47,496 bases of DNA from a virus (IMGVR_UViG_3300045580_000138:1-47496), one strand, 5' to 3'. Positions 7,999 to 21,398 are shown, counted from the stretch's first letter. Translations and numbers: made by a program. Notes: generated by a model from the sequence alone, not told the origin.

Positions 7999-10680
7999 AT
8001 GACCGTAAGCCTTAAGCACCTCGTAACCGCAACTGGGACAGATGCTGGCAACGGCCAGATTGGCAAGGCTCAGTGGAATGACGAACATGCCCTCACACTG
8101 GCGTCCCAGAAGCTTCTGGGCAGGGCTTCTGCTGGAACAGGCTCTGTAGAGGAGATTGACCTCACAGCCGCTGGGCGTGCCCTTCTGGACGATCCTGATG
8201 CCACTGCGCAGAGGGCTACGCTTGGCCTTGGTTCAATGGCTGAACAAAACGCCAATTCTGTTGCCATCACTGGCGGATCAATTGCCAATAGCACTATTAC
8301 TAACGCTACAATTACTGGCGGAACGATTACTGGCATTTCACCTATCCCTGTCTCTAGCGGTGGCACAGGAGGCGCTAACGCCGCGACAGCCAGAACTAAT
8401 CTGGGGCTGAATACCACTGCGAACCAGACCTATATCGCCGCTGGTGGTGTGGCGCGCCCGGTGCCCAGCAAGCTTGGCGACATTGTTAGCGTTAAGGATT
8501 TTGGCGCAGTTGGCAATGGCGTAGCTGATGATACGGTTGCCATTCAGGCTGCTGTAAACGCGGTCATTTCCGCGACTAACGGTGGCTCAGTTCTTTTCCC
8601 CGCTGGTACGTATAAGATTACTGATACAATTACGATTAATCGCAGCACTAATTTGGTGGGCGAGAGCATTCAGGGCACTAATATCCATCTTTTCGTTTCT
8701 ACGCCCAAGCCAGCTTTTTACTTCGACGGGACGGCAAATATTCACTTTGGGGGCGGCGTCTCCAATATGTGGATCAGGTGTGATCTTGGCGCTGTTTCTG
8801 GTGATGGCATCAAGCTCAAGGCAACGACACCCGCTGCGATTACGACTGCGGCTATCCGCGATGTTGTCGTATATGGAGCGCGTGATGGCGTTGTGCTTGA
8901 GGGCACATCTGCCAACGAGGTTTACCTTAATACGGTTGAAAACGTGAAGGTTGTTGGCACAGCACTTAGCGGTGGCGGTGCCAATTCTTTGCGTTACGGG
9001 TTCTACGTCAATGGTGCCTCGTACAACTCCTTCCGTAATTGCGAGGCCACCAATGTTGGTAACGCAGGCTGGGGTTTTTACATTAGCGGCGTTGGTACAA
9101 CTTTTGACAACATTACCACTGACGGCGTAGCGTTCATCAATTGCGCGTTTGGCTCGATTAACCAGTGGACAGTAGAAACCATTCAAGCAACAACGCCTGT
9201 TGTTTCTGAGGCTCTTAATATTGTTGCCGCGTTGTCCGTTAGCAACGTAACATTGATCGACGTAGCTAATGCGAAATGCAATACCGGCGTTAAAATTTAC
9301 TCATACACCACTCTTAATAATTTGCGTATCGACAGCGTTGGTTCTGTATATCCGTCATATCCCGTTGCGCTTGATGCGGGGTCTTCTGGTGTGCTTTCCA
9401 ACTGCACCGGGTATAAGACATTTTTCATTGAGCAGTACACATCTGCATCCGTACTCAATAACTGGACATTCCTAAATTCCCCAGATTTTACGCGCTTGTC
9501 TGTTAGACAGAGCGTTGTGAATGTGAAAAATTTTGGCGCAGTCGGCGATGGCATCGCTGATGACGCGGCGGCAATTCAGGCGGCTATTGACGCCGCCGCC
9601 GCTGCTGGCGGTGGTACTGTTGTAGTTCCTGAAGGAACCTATTTGTGCAATTCTCAAATCGTTCACAAGGTAAATGTCAGTGTTTCTGGCGTTGGCGGAA
9701 CTACTATTAAGAAAGGGTTTAATGGAGACCTATGGAGCATTGCTGTATCAAACGCGCAGATCAGTGATATTTCGTTTGATGGAAATCATGGAACATATAC
9801 TGGGAAAGGTGTTGTTTGTTCTGGTGGAGCGTCTTGCTATCGCCCAGTAATAAATAATGTGATTTTTTCATCTTTCACAGACACGCATGTGGAGTTTACG
9901 GCAAATTCCGGTGAAAGCGCGATAGTTACGGAGTGCCGCTTTTCTCCGGGGGCAGGACAAACAGACGCAAGATATATCCATATTAATGGCCCTGATACCG
10001 GCGCGACATTCCGCGTAATATCTGATTGCACTTGCGAGCTTGGATATGTTCAGGTGAATGGTGGACAAGACGTTAGTATATCAAACAGTGTTTTTAAGCG
10101 TATAGAGACAGACGCAAATTGCAATCTTGTTTTTGTGCAAAATGTTCGTTGGGCAAATTTGGGCGCGCCCATGACTATTTATGGTGGGACATATGTAGTC
10201 AATTGCTCTTTTGCAGGCGATGTAACACTAGATAATACATTTGGCGGCGTTTACATTGGCAATCAGCAATCAACCGGCACATTTACTAATAATGCCTTGG
10301 GTTCCACTGTAATTGCTAGAGATGGTGCTGGCGGCAAAAACTATCTTTTGGGGCGTCTTGCCGCTTTCTACTTGCCCAGTGGCACTGAGCGAATCCAGAC
10401 GGGGCGCATGGCAAATGTCGCGTCCGCTAATCAAACGTTGACCGTTGGCGGTAGCGCAAGGACAATTAATGTCACAGGCCCACTAACTGGAAATGTTGTT
10501 TACACGCTTTCAGGAACAGACGCCATTAATGGGGATCGTTTCAGAATTGTAAGAGCAACATCTGCCACTGGCGCATTTACGATTGATGTTGGTGGCCTTA
10601 AGTCACTGTCTGTTGGCCAGTGGTGCGACATTGAATACAATGGCTCTACTTGGTATTTGACAGCCTTTGGCTCATTGTAA
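7999..10680 (+). CDS. Tailspike/depolymerase 1 with two tandem pectate-lyase-like beta-helix modules
   Basis: VSVKDFGAVGNGVADDT.AIQAA at about 8484 and VNVKNFGAVGDG.ADDAAAIQAAID at about 9514. Confidence 0.8.
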   Translation: MTVSLKHLVTATGTDAGNGQIGKAQWNDEHALTLASQKLLGRASAGTGSVEEIDLTAAGRALLDDPDATAQRATLGLGSMAEQNANSVAITGGSIANSTITNATITGGTITGISPIPVSSGGTGGANAATARTNLGLNTTANQTYIAAGGVARPVPSKLGDIVSVKDFGAVGNGVADDTVAIQAAVNAVISATNGGSVLFPAGTYKITDTITINRSTNLVGESIQGTNIHLFVSTPKPAFYFDGTANIHFGGGVSNMWIRCDLGAVSGDGIKLKATTPAAITTAAIRDVVVYGARDGVVLEGTSANEVYLNTVENVKVVGTALSGGGANSLRYGFYVNGASYNSFRNCEATNVGNAGWGFYISGVGTTFDNITTDGVAFINCAFGSINQWTVETIQATTPVVSEALNIVAALSVSNVTLIDVANAKCNTGVKIYSYTTLNNLRIDSVGSVYPSYPVALDAGSSGVLSNCTGYKTFFIEQYTSASVLNNWTFLNSPDFTRLSVRQSVVNVKNFGAVGDGIADDAAAIQAAIDAAAAAGGGTVVVPEGTYLCNSQIVHKVNVSVSGVGGTTIKKGFNGDLWSIAVSNAQISDISFDGNHGTYTGKGVVCSGGASCYRPVINNVIFSSFTDTHVEFTANSGESAIVTECRFSPGAGQTDARYIHINGPDTGATFRVISDCTCELGYVQVNGGQDVSISNSVFKRIETDANCNLVFVQNVRWANLGAPMTIYGGTYVVNCSFAGDVTLDNTFGGVYIGNQQSTGTFTNNALGSTVIARDGAGGKNYLLGRLAAFYLPSGTERIQTGRMANVASANQTLTVGGSARTINVTGPLTGNVVYTLSGTDAINGDRFRIVRATSATGAFTIDVGGLKSLSVGQWCDIEYNGSTWYLTAFGSL

Positions 10681-10689
10681 GGAAACAAA

Positions 10690-12717
10690 ATGACTGTTAG
10701 CCTTAAGCACCTTGTTACCGCCACCGGCACAGACGCTGGCAATGGTCAGATTGGAAAGGCTCAGTGGAACGATGAGCATACGCTTACTCTGGCTTCTCAG
10801 AAGCTGTTGGGGCGTGCGTCATCTGGTTCTGGCCCTGTTGAAGAGATTGATCTTACGGCTGCTGGAAGGGCGCTACTGGATGATGCGGATGCTTCTGAGC
10901 AGAGAAGCACCTTGGGGCTTGGCAGCATTGCCACCCAAAGCGCGAATGGCGTAGCAATCACTGGCGGCACGATTACTGGTATTACAGACCTTGCTGTTGT
11001 AGATGGCGGCACTGGTGCCTCTGACCCGGCTGGCGCGCGTGCTAATCTGGGGCTGGGTTCTCTTGCAACACTATCTAGCGTTGATACAACGCAAATCACA
11101 AACAGTGCTGTTACCTACGCCAAAATTCAGAATGTAACGGCGACAGATCGCATTCTTGGACGCTCTACTGCCGGGGCCGGTGTTGTAGAAGAAATCATTT
11201 GCACTGCGGCTGGGCGCGCACTTTTGGATGATGCAAACGCTGCTGCGCAGATTTCTACCCTTGGTCTTTCCGCGTCTGGCGGTTCTAATAGCATTGGCTT
11301 CCTTCAGGCTGGCACTGGCGCGGTAGCACGGACAGTACAGTCCAAGGAGCGCGAAATCTTTAGTGTTAAAGATTTTGGCGCAGTTGGCAACGGCATTGCA
11401 AACGACACTGCTGCTATTCAGGCCGCTTTTGACGCGGCAAAACAAGTTGTCATGGCCATACCAACATATGGCATAACTGTATATTTCCCGCGCGGCGTTT
11501 ATCTTGTGACCTCTACAATTACCATTCCAGCATATTGCAATGTTGTGGGGGAGAACACAGAAGGAACTATAATTTCTGCATCTTTCAATGGGGACACATT
11601 TACTGACGAAATAACTGGTGGGGGTTCATCTTTTACCTATTATTTTGCGCGGTTTGAAGAAATTTCAATCTACAAATCTGATACGAATGGGGCCAACAAT
11701 ACGACAGGAAAGGCCATAAACTTCAGGGCCAACGCCAGCTACAATATGTTTAGGCGTCTTCGCATTTACGGCGGTGAATACGCGATTTACGGACAAAACC
11801 TTGGGTATTCTCTGTGGAACACATTTGACAAGGTAATTTGCTATTACCAGACAGTCGCCAATATGCACATTGGCCAAGGATCAAATGCAAATTCGTTCTA
11901 TGATTGCAGTTTTGCATACGCTCCCATAGGAGCGTATTTCCCCGGCGCTTCTGTTGCAGTTAGTATGCACGGTTGCGCATTTGAAGGTTTCTCTGTTGCC
12001 GGTATTCGTACAGATAACGCGCAAATAACTTTGCACGGCGGTTATATTGAGATGTACGATCTTCTCAAAACCGTTGTTGATGTTATTGGGGTGGGGCAGG
12101 TAAACATTATTGGCTGCTATGTTCGCGGGCCGGGCGCAGGTTATCTTGCCACTATCAATGGTGACGGCTGTGTTCGCTACAACAATTGTTACATTGGCAA
12201 TTTCACATATGATCCGCCTGCTGCTGGTACATATGCGAACAAGCTATACCTGCGTGATAATACTGTTTTTGAAGGAACCAATCTGGCAGTATCTGGGACT
12301 GTTGTGGGCACATTTGTCCCCACACTTTCGCCCACAGTACCCGGAGATTTTAATGTTGTTTATTCTTCCCAGTATGGAAGATACAGAAAAGATGGAAATA
12401 GAATTGTAGTTGACATAGATATTGTCACATCAACTTTTACTCACAGCACTGCCTCTGGATACATGCGCATTCAGGGCCTTCCTTTTAACGCGACTACTTC
12501 TGTCGGGGCGCAGTCGAAAGGTAGTTTAGAATTTAGCGGTATTACAAAAGCTGGATATACCCAGATAGTTCCGGCCATAGACTACACAGCCAATCAGCAG
12601 ATATTCTTCATGGCCTCTGGGTCAGGCGTATCCAGTACGACTGTGAATGTGGCTGATATGCCTTCCGGTTCTAATAAAACGCTAAAGTTGACCCTATCCT
12701 ACGAAACGGCATACTAA
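10690..12717 (+). CDS. Tailspike/depolymerase 2
   Basis: N-terminal about 95 aa nearly identical to tailspike 1; FSVKDFGAVGNG..NDTAAIQAA; C-terminal G.Y.K.G..V...I.GLPF fibre module. Confidence 0.8.
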   Translation: MTVSLKHLVTATGTDAGNGQIGKAQWNDEHTLTLASQKLLGRASSGSGPVEEIDLTAAGRALLDDADASEQRSTLGLGSIATQSANGVAITGGTITGITDLAVVDGGTGASDPAGARANLGLGSLATLSSVDTTQITNSAVTYAKIQNVTATDRILGRSTAGAGVVEEIICTAAGRALLDDANAAAQISTLGLSASGGSNSIGFLQAGTGAVARTVQSKEREIFSVKDFGAVGNGIANDTAAIQAAFDAAKQVVMAIPTYGITVYFPRGVYLVTSTITIPAYCNVVGENTEGTIISASFNGDTFTDEITGGGSSFTYYFARFEEISIYKSDTNGANNTTGKAINFRANASYNMFRRLRIYGGEYAIYGQNLGYSLWNTFDKVICYYQTVANMHIGQGSNANSFYDCSFAYAPIGAYFPGASVAVSMHGCAFEGFSVAGIRTDNAQITLHGGYIEMYDLLKTVVDVIGVGQVNIIGCYVRGPGAGYLATINGDGCVRYNNCYIGNFTYDPPAAGTYANKLYLRDNTVFEGTNLAVSGTVVGTFVPTLSPTVPGDFNVVYSSQYGRYRKDGNRIVVDIDIVTSTFTHSTASGYMRIQGLPFNATTSVGAQSKGSLEFSGITKAGYTQIVPAIDYTANQQIFFMASGSGVSSTTVNVADMPSGSNKTLKLTLSYETAY

Positions 12718-12760
12718 ATGGAGCTAGCTTAATGATCCGGGCGGGAAAGGGGATTTTGCA

Positions 12761-13522
12761 ATGAGCGTATACGGCATCTTTGATACTGGTATCTTTGATA
12801 CTGGCATCTTTGACCATGCGACTGAGGCCCCTGTCCCAATTAACTATAGCTACAACCCGTCTATTGGCGAGGTTGTGCTGTATGCCTTCAATTTGTGTCA
12901 GGTCCGCTCCACATCCATTGTTCAGGAACACCTGAACAGCGCCCGTCAGGCAATGAACATGATGCTTTCTCGCTGGAGCAACATGGGCGTTAATCTCTGG
13001 AAGGTGGACACCCAAACAATCACCGTACAGGCTGGAGTGTCTACCTACTCTGTGCCCGGCGACACCATTATGATCTTGGATATGTATGCCCGCACCCCCA
13101 GCGGCACTACCAATACTGATCGCATCATGGTGCCCATCAGCCGCACAGAATACTCCAGCTACCCCAATAAGGCGCAGCAAGGCTTTCCTACGGTCTTCTG
13201 GTTTGACCGCCTCATCAGCCCTACGGTCACCATTTGGCCCGTCCCTGATGGCTCTGGCAGCCCCACAACAATCACCTATTACCGGGTGACGCAGATTGGT
13301 GACGCCAACCTTCCGGGTGGAGAGACTATTGACGTCCCCTACCGCTGGCTTGACGCTTTTGCCAACGGTCTGGCGTACTATCTTTCACGCCTCTGGCAGC
13401 CGCAGTTGACCGCCCAGCTTAAACAGGAGGCTGATGAGGCGTACACAATCGCTGCCAATCAGGACACTGAAAACGTTTCTGTCTACATTAGCCCCATGGT
13501 GGGCGGATACTTTAGGAGTTAG
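12761..13522 (+). CDS. Putative head-tail adaptor/connector protein
   Basis: W.N.GVNLW, ISRTEY..YPNK..QG.P...WFDR, IWPVPD, GLAYYLS; N-terminal GIFDT x3. Confidence 0.65.
   Translation: MSVYGIFDTGIFDTGIFDHATEAPVPINYSYNPSIGEVVLYAFNLCQVRSTSIVQEHLNSARQAMNMMLSRWSNMGVNLWKVDTQTITVQAGVSTYSVPGDTIMILDMYARTPSGTTNTDRIMVPISRTEYSSYPNKAQQGFPTVFWFDRLISPTVTIWPVPDGSGSPTTITYYRVTQIGDANLPGGETIDVPYRWLDAFANGLAYYLSRLWQPQLTAQLKQEADEAYTIAANQDTENVSVYISPMVGGYFRS
12773..12814 (+). repeat. 15-bp tandem repeat encoding (GIFDT)x3
   Basis: ggcatctttgatact/ggtatctttgatact/ggcatctttgac. Confidence 0.85.
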
Positions 13523-13524
13523 CA

Positions 13525-14121
13525 ATGCGGGCACATGGGCGCGCAAAGGTTAACTCAAGATCGCCAGAAGCATTTGCAATCTGCGATAACTGCGGGTTTC
13601 TTTACAACCACTCTGAGTTGCGCTGGCAGCTTCAATGGTCTGGCAATAAGCTTGTCAACCTTCGCCAGCTAGTTTGCCGCCGCTGTAACGACATCCCCCA
13701 GACGCAGCTTCGCGCTATTGTCCTGCCTGCGGACCCCGTGCCCGTGCAGAATCCGCGCGTTAATAACTGGCAGCAAGCAGAAACCAATTACCGCACAACG
13801 TCTGGTCAAGACACAATTGACCCCCGGACTGGCATTCCCATCCCCGGCAATACAAGGCGTATTACTGAAAACGATGACTTCCGCGTCACCCAGCAGACGG
13901 GTGAGCCTCCGGGCGGCCTTAACTTCCGCCCCGGCACTGATCCTAATGCCCCCGGCAATGATGACCCCGGACTGCCCTACAACAATGTTGACGTTCCCAA
14001 GACTGGTCCCCTTTCTCCTCCGTACATCTATCAGGTAGGCTGGCAGAACAGTTCTGGCGGGGAAATAAGCTGGATAAATCAATATTCCCAGAGTATAAAC
14101 TGGACTACAACAACCGTTTAA
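13525..14121 (+). CDS. Zn-finger-containing neck/adaptor-region protein
   Basis: AICDNCGF...W...LVCRRC.D.PQ.QL, DP.PV.NPR. Confidence 0.7.
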   Translation: MRAHGRAKVNSRSPEAFAICDNCGFLYNHSELRWQLQWSGNKLVNLRQLVCRRCNDIPQTQLRAIVLPADPVPVQNPRVNNWQQAETNYRTTSGQDTIDPRTGIPIPGNTRRITENDDFRVTQQTGEPPGGLNFRPGTDPNAPGNDDPGLPYNNVDVPKTGPLSPPYIYQVGWQNSSGGEISWINQYSQSINWTTTTV

Positions 14122-14131
14122 GGGGTGGATA

Positions 14132-15991
14132 ATGACTGTTCCGTATACCTTCGCAACAACTCCTGCGGGCAGCAGCCTACCCCTTTCCCAGCTTGATGAT
14201 AATTTTTCCGCTCTTGGAAGCTCCACAAATACGTCATTTACGCAGGCAGGCGCTGGTGCGGTAGCGCGCACAGCACAGGCAAAAATGCGAGATGTTGTCA
14301 GCGTCTTAGATTTTGGCGCTGATCCTACAGGAGTTTCTGACAGTTCCTCAGCAATTCAAGCGGCTATTGAATTTTTTAGGCCAGCCAATAGTATTTTCCC
14401 TGAAAAGGGCGGCATAGTTTATTTTCCGCCCGGTACGTATTTGGTCAATACAACCATTACCACATATAGCGGGATTATTCTTCAGGGCAGCGGGTCAGCA
14501 ACTATTATGCAGGCCGGTCCTTCGCTGACAAATGCAATTTTCCAGCCAACCACCGTTGATGTTAACAATATATACATTTATGGTGCTATTCAGGGTTTCC
14601 GCTTTAATACAACAGGATCAGTATGGGCTATTAAGTCCACAGCGGGCAATGTGTTGTCTAGCCAGTTTTGTGATCTAGTTTTTGTGGCGACTTACGGCAT
14701 TTCATTGTGCAGCCCAAATACATATGCCCAATCAAATATCATTAGCAACATCACCTCTTACGGGCCAGTTCAGCAAATCCTTGCACTCACGGGTAATTTC
14801 AACAGGATTGAGTCAATTACCAAAGAGGGCAATTCTGGCGCAGGCACGGAAGCATATATTTATGTGTTTGGGGTAGACGGCTCCGGTATTCCAAACGCTG
14901 GTTTTGCTGGCGGCAATATATTTAAGAGGATTTTGATTGAGGCTGACGGAAGCGTAAACAAAACCGCAATCAAGTTTTCCTACGCCGCTGATACTGAAAT
15001 TGAAAACTTCTGGGCTGAATTGTTTGATACCAACGGCTACATTATAGACCTTGATAATTCATCTGTTCGTTTGCGTGGGTTGTGTCGTGGAGAAACTCTC
15101 GCCAAAGGTAAAATTAAGCTTCGTAATAAATCTTGGCTCTATATCGACAACTTTAACGCCAACGTAGAAGACATAGCTTGGCAGGGTTATTTTGATTATG
15201 ACGCTAATTCTTTTGTCTACATAGAGCATCTTCTTACAAGGCGCGCTGCGGACGTATACAGGTTGTCTGCGTCCTCAAATATTACAGTTCAGCAGAACCT
15301 GATCCAGATTTGGAACGAAAACCCACCAACGGGGTATTCTGCTCAGTTTGCCGCTGATTATGCTTCCGGGCAAAACCTTCTGGTAAATCCGTCTTTTGAG
15401 GCTGGCATTTACAGATGGAATATTTCGACTGCGGATACGCCAACTTTTCCTGCTTCAGAAGTTGGTCAGGGGCTTATGTTTCAGTGCGTCTCCACCACTG
15501 GATTTCAGTTAGTACAATCCGTTACTGTAAATGCTGCGCAGATTGGGCAACCATTAACAATACGCTATATTGCCAAGATTGTTGGCGCTGGATATGCCGT
15601 TCCGGTTGTCGCTGGGCAGGCTGAGTTTGGCGCGCATCGCGTGACTGCCGGTCAGGGATGGGTAACCATCACGCTTACATATCGTCCAACAACGTCTGGA
15701 ACCTTGAATTTTGGCTTGTGGTGGGTCGGCGTTGGCGGTACGTCTTCGACAATTTATGTCGATGAGTTCTCGCTTTGTGCTGGTGAGCAGGGGCTGATCA
15801 ACCCTTCAAAATTTGGTTCTTTTGAATTGAATCAAAATACATTTACTACAGCAACAGCAGCCCCTACAACCGGGACTTGGAAGGTGGGGGATAGGGTGTT
15901 TAACTCTACACCCGCGATTGGCCAGCCTAAGGGGTGGATTTGCACCGTGTCAGGAACCCCCGGTACGTGGGTTAGCGAGGGTAACTTGTAA
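14132..15991 (+). CDS. Tailspike/depolymerase 3 with a carbohydrate-binding-like module
   Basis: VSVLDFGADPTG..DS..AIQAA, VYFPPGTY; NLLVNPSFE; C-terminal WKVGDRV.N..P..G...GW.C..SGTPGTW. Confidence 0.8.
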   Translation: MTVPYTFATTPAGSSLPLSQLDDNFSALGSSTNTSFTQAGAGAVARTAQAKMRDVVSVLDFGADPTGVSDSSSAIQAAIEFFRPANSIFPEKGGIVYFPPGTYLVNTTITTYSGIILQGSGSATIMQAGPSLTNAIFQPTTVDVNNIYIYGAIQGFRFNTTGSVWAIKSTAGNVLSSQFCDLVFVATYGISLCSPNTYAQSNIISNITSYGPVQQILALTGNFNRIESITKEGNSGAGTEAYIYVFGVDGSGIPNAGFAGGNIFKRILIEADGSVNKTAIKFSYAADTEIENFWAELFDTNGYIIDLDNSSVRLRGLCRGETLAKGKIKLRNKSWLYIDNFNANVEDIAWQGYFDYDANSFVYIEHLLTRRAADVYRLSASSNITVQQNLIQIWNENPPTGYSAQFAADYASGQNLLVNPSFEAGIYRWNISTADTPTFPASEVGQGLMFQCVSTTGFQLVQSVTVNAAQIGQPLTIRYIAKIVGAGYAVPVVAGQAEFGAHRVTAGQGWVTITLTYRPTTSGTLNFGLWWVGVGGTSSTIYVDEFSLCAGEQGLINPSKFGSFELNQNTFTTATAAPTTGTWKVGDRVFNSTPAIGQPKGWICTVSGTPGTWVSEGNL

Positions 15992-16097
15992 TGAATATTT
16001 TCAGGTTTTTTTGTTTTTGTCTTAGGAACTCTTTGGATGACGAAGAGCTAAGTTTCTTTTACAATAAAACAAAAATTCTCAAGACAGGATCGCGTTA

Positions 16098-19262
<3,165 letters not shown>

Positions 19263-19274
19263 AAGGAGAATGAA

Positions 19275-19577
19275 ATGGCTATTCAGGTTGACGTTTTATC
19301 GTCCTCTTATGGCGTTGGGTTTCCGTCTGCGTATTTCCGTATTTTCCGCACGGAAATTTCACGCAGGCCGTGGTTTCAGGGTCATAAGCACAGCGTGATT
19401 ATTGACATTCTTGGGTATGCCGCGCCGCCCCCGGAGGAGGAAACGCGCGACATAGACAGCAAAAGGTTTTCTGCGCCCTTGTCTGACATTGAAGCGCAAT
19501 CTGGTGATGACTTCATTGCCAAGTGTTATTCTTGGCTCATGCAGCAGCCTGAGCTTGAGGGAAGCATAGCCGTATAA
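19275..19577 (+). CDS. Putative fibre assembly chaperone
   Basis: AGGAG SD; G..F..AYFRI ... Y.WL...PE.....V; directly after the fibre gene. Confidence 0.5.
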   Translation: MAIQVDVLSSSYGVGFPSAYFRIFRTEISRRPWFQGHKHSVIIDILGYAAPPPEEETRDIDSKRFSAPLSDIEAQSGDDFIAKCYSWLMQQPELEGSIAV

Positions 19578-19601
19578 ATTTAACCGTTGGGAGGCGGGTA
19601 A

Positions 19602-20693
19602 ATGAGATTCCACGTTTGTGCTTTGCCGCACACTCATACGACGAATAACTATTCTTCTTGTGCCTACACAATGAAGGTGGTTAATTTTTGCAAAATGATG
19701 AAAGATCGCGGTCATACAGTTTTTTTGTATAGCGGCGAAAAAAATGATGCTCCATGTGATGAGCATATCGCCTGCCTTACGGAGCAGGAAAGAATTACCT
19801 ATTGTGGGGGTGAAGACAATACCCCGCAAAATCTTAAATCAAATTGGGACTACTCCTCAGAAGGATGGGTTGTTTTTAACAACAAAACTATTTCTGAAAT
19901 GGGTAAGCGCATACAATCCAAGGACTTTATTTGCGTAATTGCTGGACTTTGCCAAAAGCAAATTGCTGACGCATTCCCGGCAAATATGACTGTAGAATTT
20001 GGCGTTGGCTACGTTGGGACATTTTCCCGTTATCGTGTGTTTGAGAGCTATGCTTGGATGCACATGATTTATGGGGCGGCTTCAAATGGCAATCCATTTA
20101 GTTCTGACGGAAGTTGGTGGGATGCTGTAATCCCCGGTTACCTTGACCCCAATGCGTTCCCATTCCAAGCTGAAAAAGACGATTATTATATGTTTATTGG
20201 GCGTCTTATAGACCGTAAGGGTTTTATGATAGCCAGTCAGGTTTGTGATGATTTGGGCGCTCGTTTGGTTGTGTGCGGTCAGGGAGACCCGCCAGACAAT
20301 TGTGATTATCGCGGCGTTGTAGGCCCTGAAGAGCGCGGGCGTCTGATGGCTGGCGCAAGGGCAGTATTTGTGCCCACCATATACGTTGAGCCTTTTGGCA
20401 ATGTTAACATTGAGGCTCAGGCTTGCGGAACCCCAGTAATCACGACTGACTGGGGGGCGTTTACTGAAACTGTAGTTGATGGGGTTACGGGATTCAGGTG
20501 CCATACATTTGGTGAATTTAAACGCGCCGCTCTGGAAGTTAAAAATCTTGACCCTCATTTAATCCGCGACAGGGCAGTTTTTAGGTACTCCTTAGAAACA
20601 ATTGGCGAAAAATATGAAAACTACTTCACGAGATTGTTACATCTTTGGGGGGATGGTTGGTATGAAGGCCGCACCTCTGGGATGCAAAAATAG
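19602..20693 (+). CDS. Glycosyltransferase (GT-B fold, GT4-like)
   Basis: FIGRLIDRKG and EPFGNVNIEAQACGTPVITTDWGAFTETVVDGVTGF (EX7E motif). Confidence 0.9.
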   Translation: MRFHVCALPHTHTTNNYSSCAYTMKVVNFCKMMKDRGHTVFLYSGEKNDAPCDEHIACLTEQERITYCGGEDNTPQNLKSNWDYSSEGWVVFNNKTISEMGKRIQSKDFICVIAGLCQKQIADAFPANMTVEFGVGYVGTFSRYRVFESYAWMHMIYGAASNGNPFSSDGSWWDAVIPGYLDPNAFPFQAEKDDYYMFIGRLIDRKGFMIASQVCDDLGARLVVCGQGDPPDNCDYRGVVGPEERGRLMAGARAVFVPTIYVEPFGNVNIEAQACGTPVITTDWGAFTETVVDGVTGFRCHTFGEFKRAALEVKNLDPHLIRDRAVFRYSLETIGEKYENYFTRLLHLWGDGWYEGRTSGMQK

Positions 20694-20757
20694 CTTCAAC
20701 TTGAGCGCATTTTAGGCTAGCCATTACGTACTGGAGAGTGCATCTTTAGAGGCGGAA

Positions 20758-20997
20758 ATGGAAGCTAGTGCATTGCAAGTTTTAGGAGTAATATTGCAAT
20801 GGATTGTTGCTCCAGTGGGTGCTTTCGTGCTGTGGATATACCAGAAGCAACAGAAGCATGAGACAGCAATTGCTGTTCTTGAAGCTGCTACTCAAGCAGC
20901 TACGCTAGCCCATGACCGCGAAATTAAGGAAATCCGCGAAACTAGCCGCGCTATTATGGCGAAGCTAGACAGCATAGAGGCTGCGCTAAGAAAGTGA
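20758..20997 (+). CDS. Putative holin/antiholin-like membrane protein
   Basis: One N-terminal TM segment plus coiled coil; overlaps the endolysin start. Confidence 0.55.
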   Translation: MEASALQVLGVILQWIVAPVGAFVLWIYQKQQKHETAIAVLEAATQAATLAHDREIKEIRETSRAIMAKLDSIEAALRK

Positions 20998-21383
20998 ACC
21001 TCAATAGCATATCTGAAGCACGCCTGCGTGGCGTTCATCCTGATCTGGTCCGCGTTGTGCGCCGCTGCGCTAGGGATTGGAAGGACAAAGAGGCGGGATT
21101 TATCGTTACTCAGGGCCTCCGCACCATGGAAGAGCAGCGCCTGCTCTATAAAAAGGGCGCATCCAGAACACTCAAGTCTAGGCATCTGACAGGTCACGCG
21201 GTTGATCTGGCCTGCTCTATTAAGGGTCAGGTTAGGTGGGATTGGCCCCTATACGTTAAGTTGTCCAAAGCCATGAAGGCTGCGGCTAAAGCAGAAAAAA
21301 TCCCAATTGTCTGGGGCGGTGACTGGGTTTCTTTTAGAGACGGCCCGCATTACGAATTGCCCCGCAATAAATACCCGGCGTAA
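20994..21383 (+). CDS. Endolysin, peptidase M15 (L-Ala-D-Glu peptidase-like)
   Basis: L.GVHPDL, GLRT.EEQ..L, SRHLTGHAVD, WGGDW..F.DGPHYEL. Confidence 0.9.
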   Translation: MNLNSISEARLRGVHPDLVRVVRRCARDWKDKEAGFIVTQGLRTMEEQRLLYKKGASRTLKSRHLTGHAVDLACSIKGQVRWDWPLYVKLSKAMKAAAKAEKIPIVWGGDWVSFRDGPHYELPRNKYPA

Positions 21384-21398
21384 CAAAAGGAGAATATC

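Noticed and set aside
7999-10970. Duplicated tailspike 5' ends as a DGR template/variable pair
   Set aside because: Differences are mostly synonymous rather than adenine-specific, both copies are N-terminal coding sequence, and no reverse transcriptase is present
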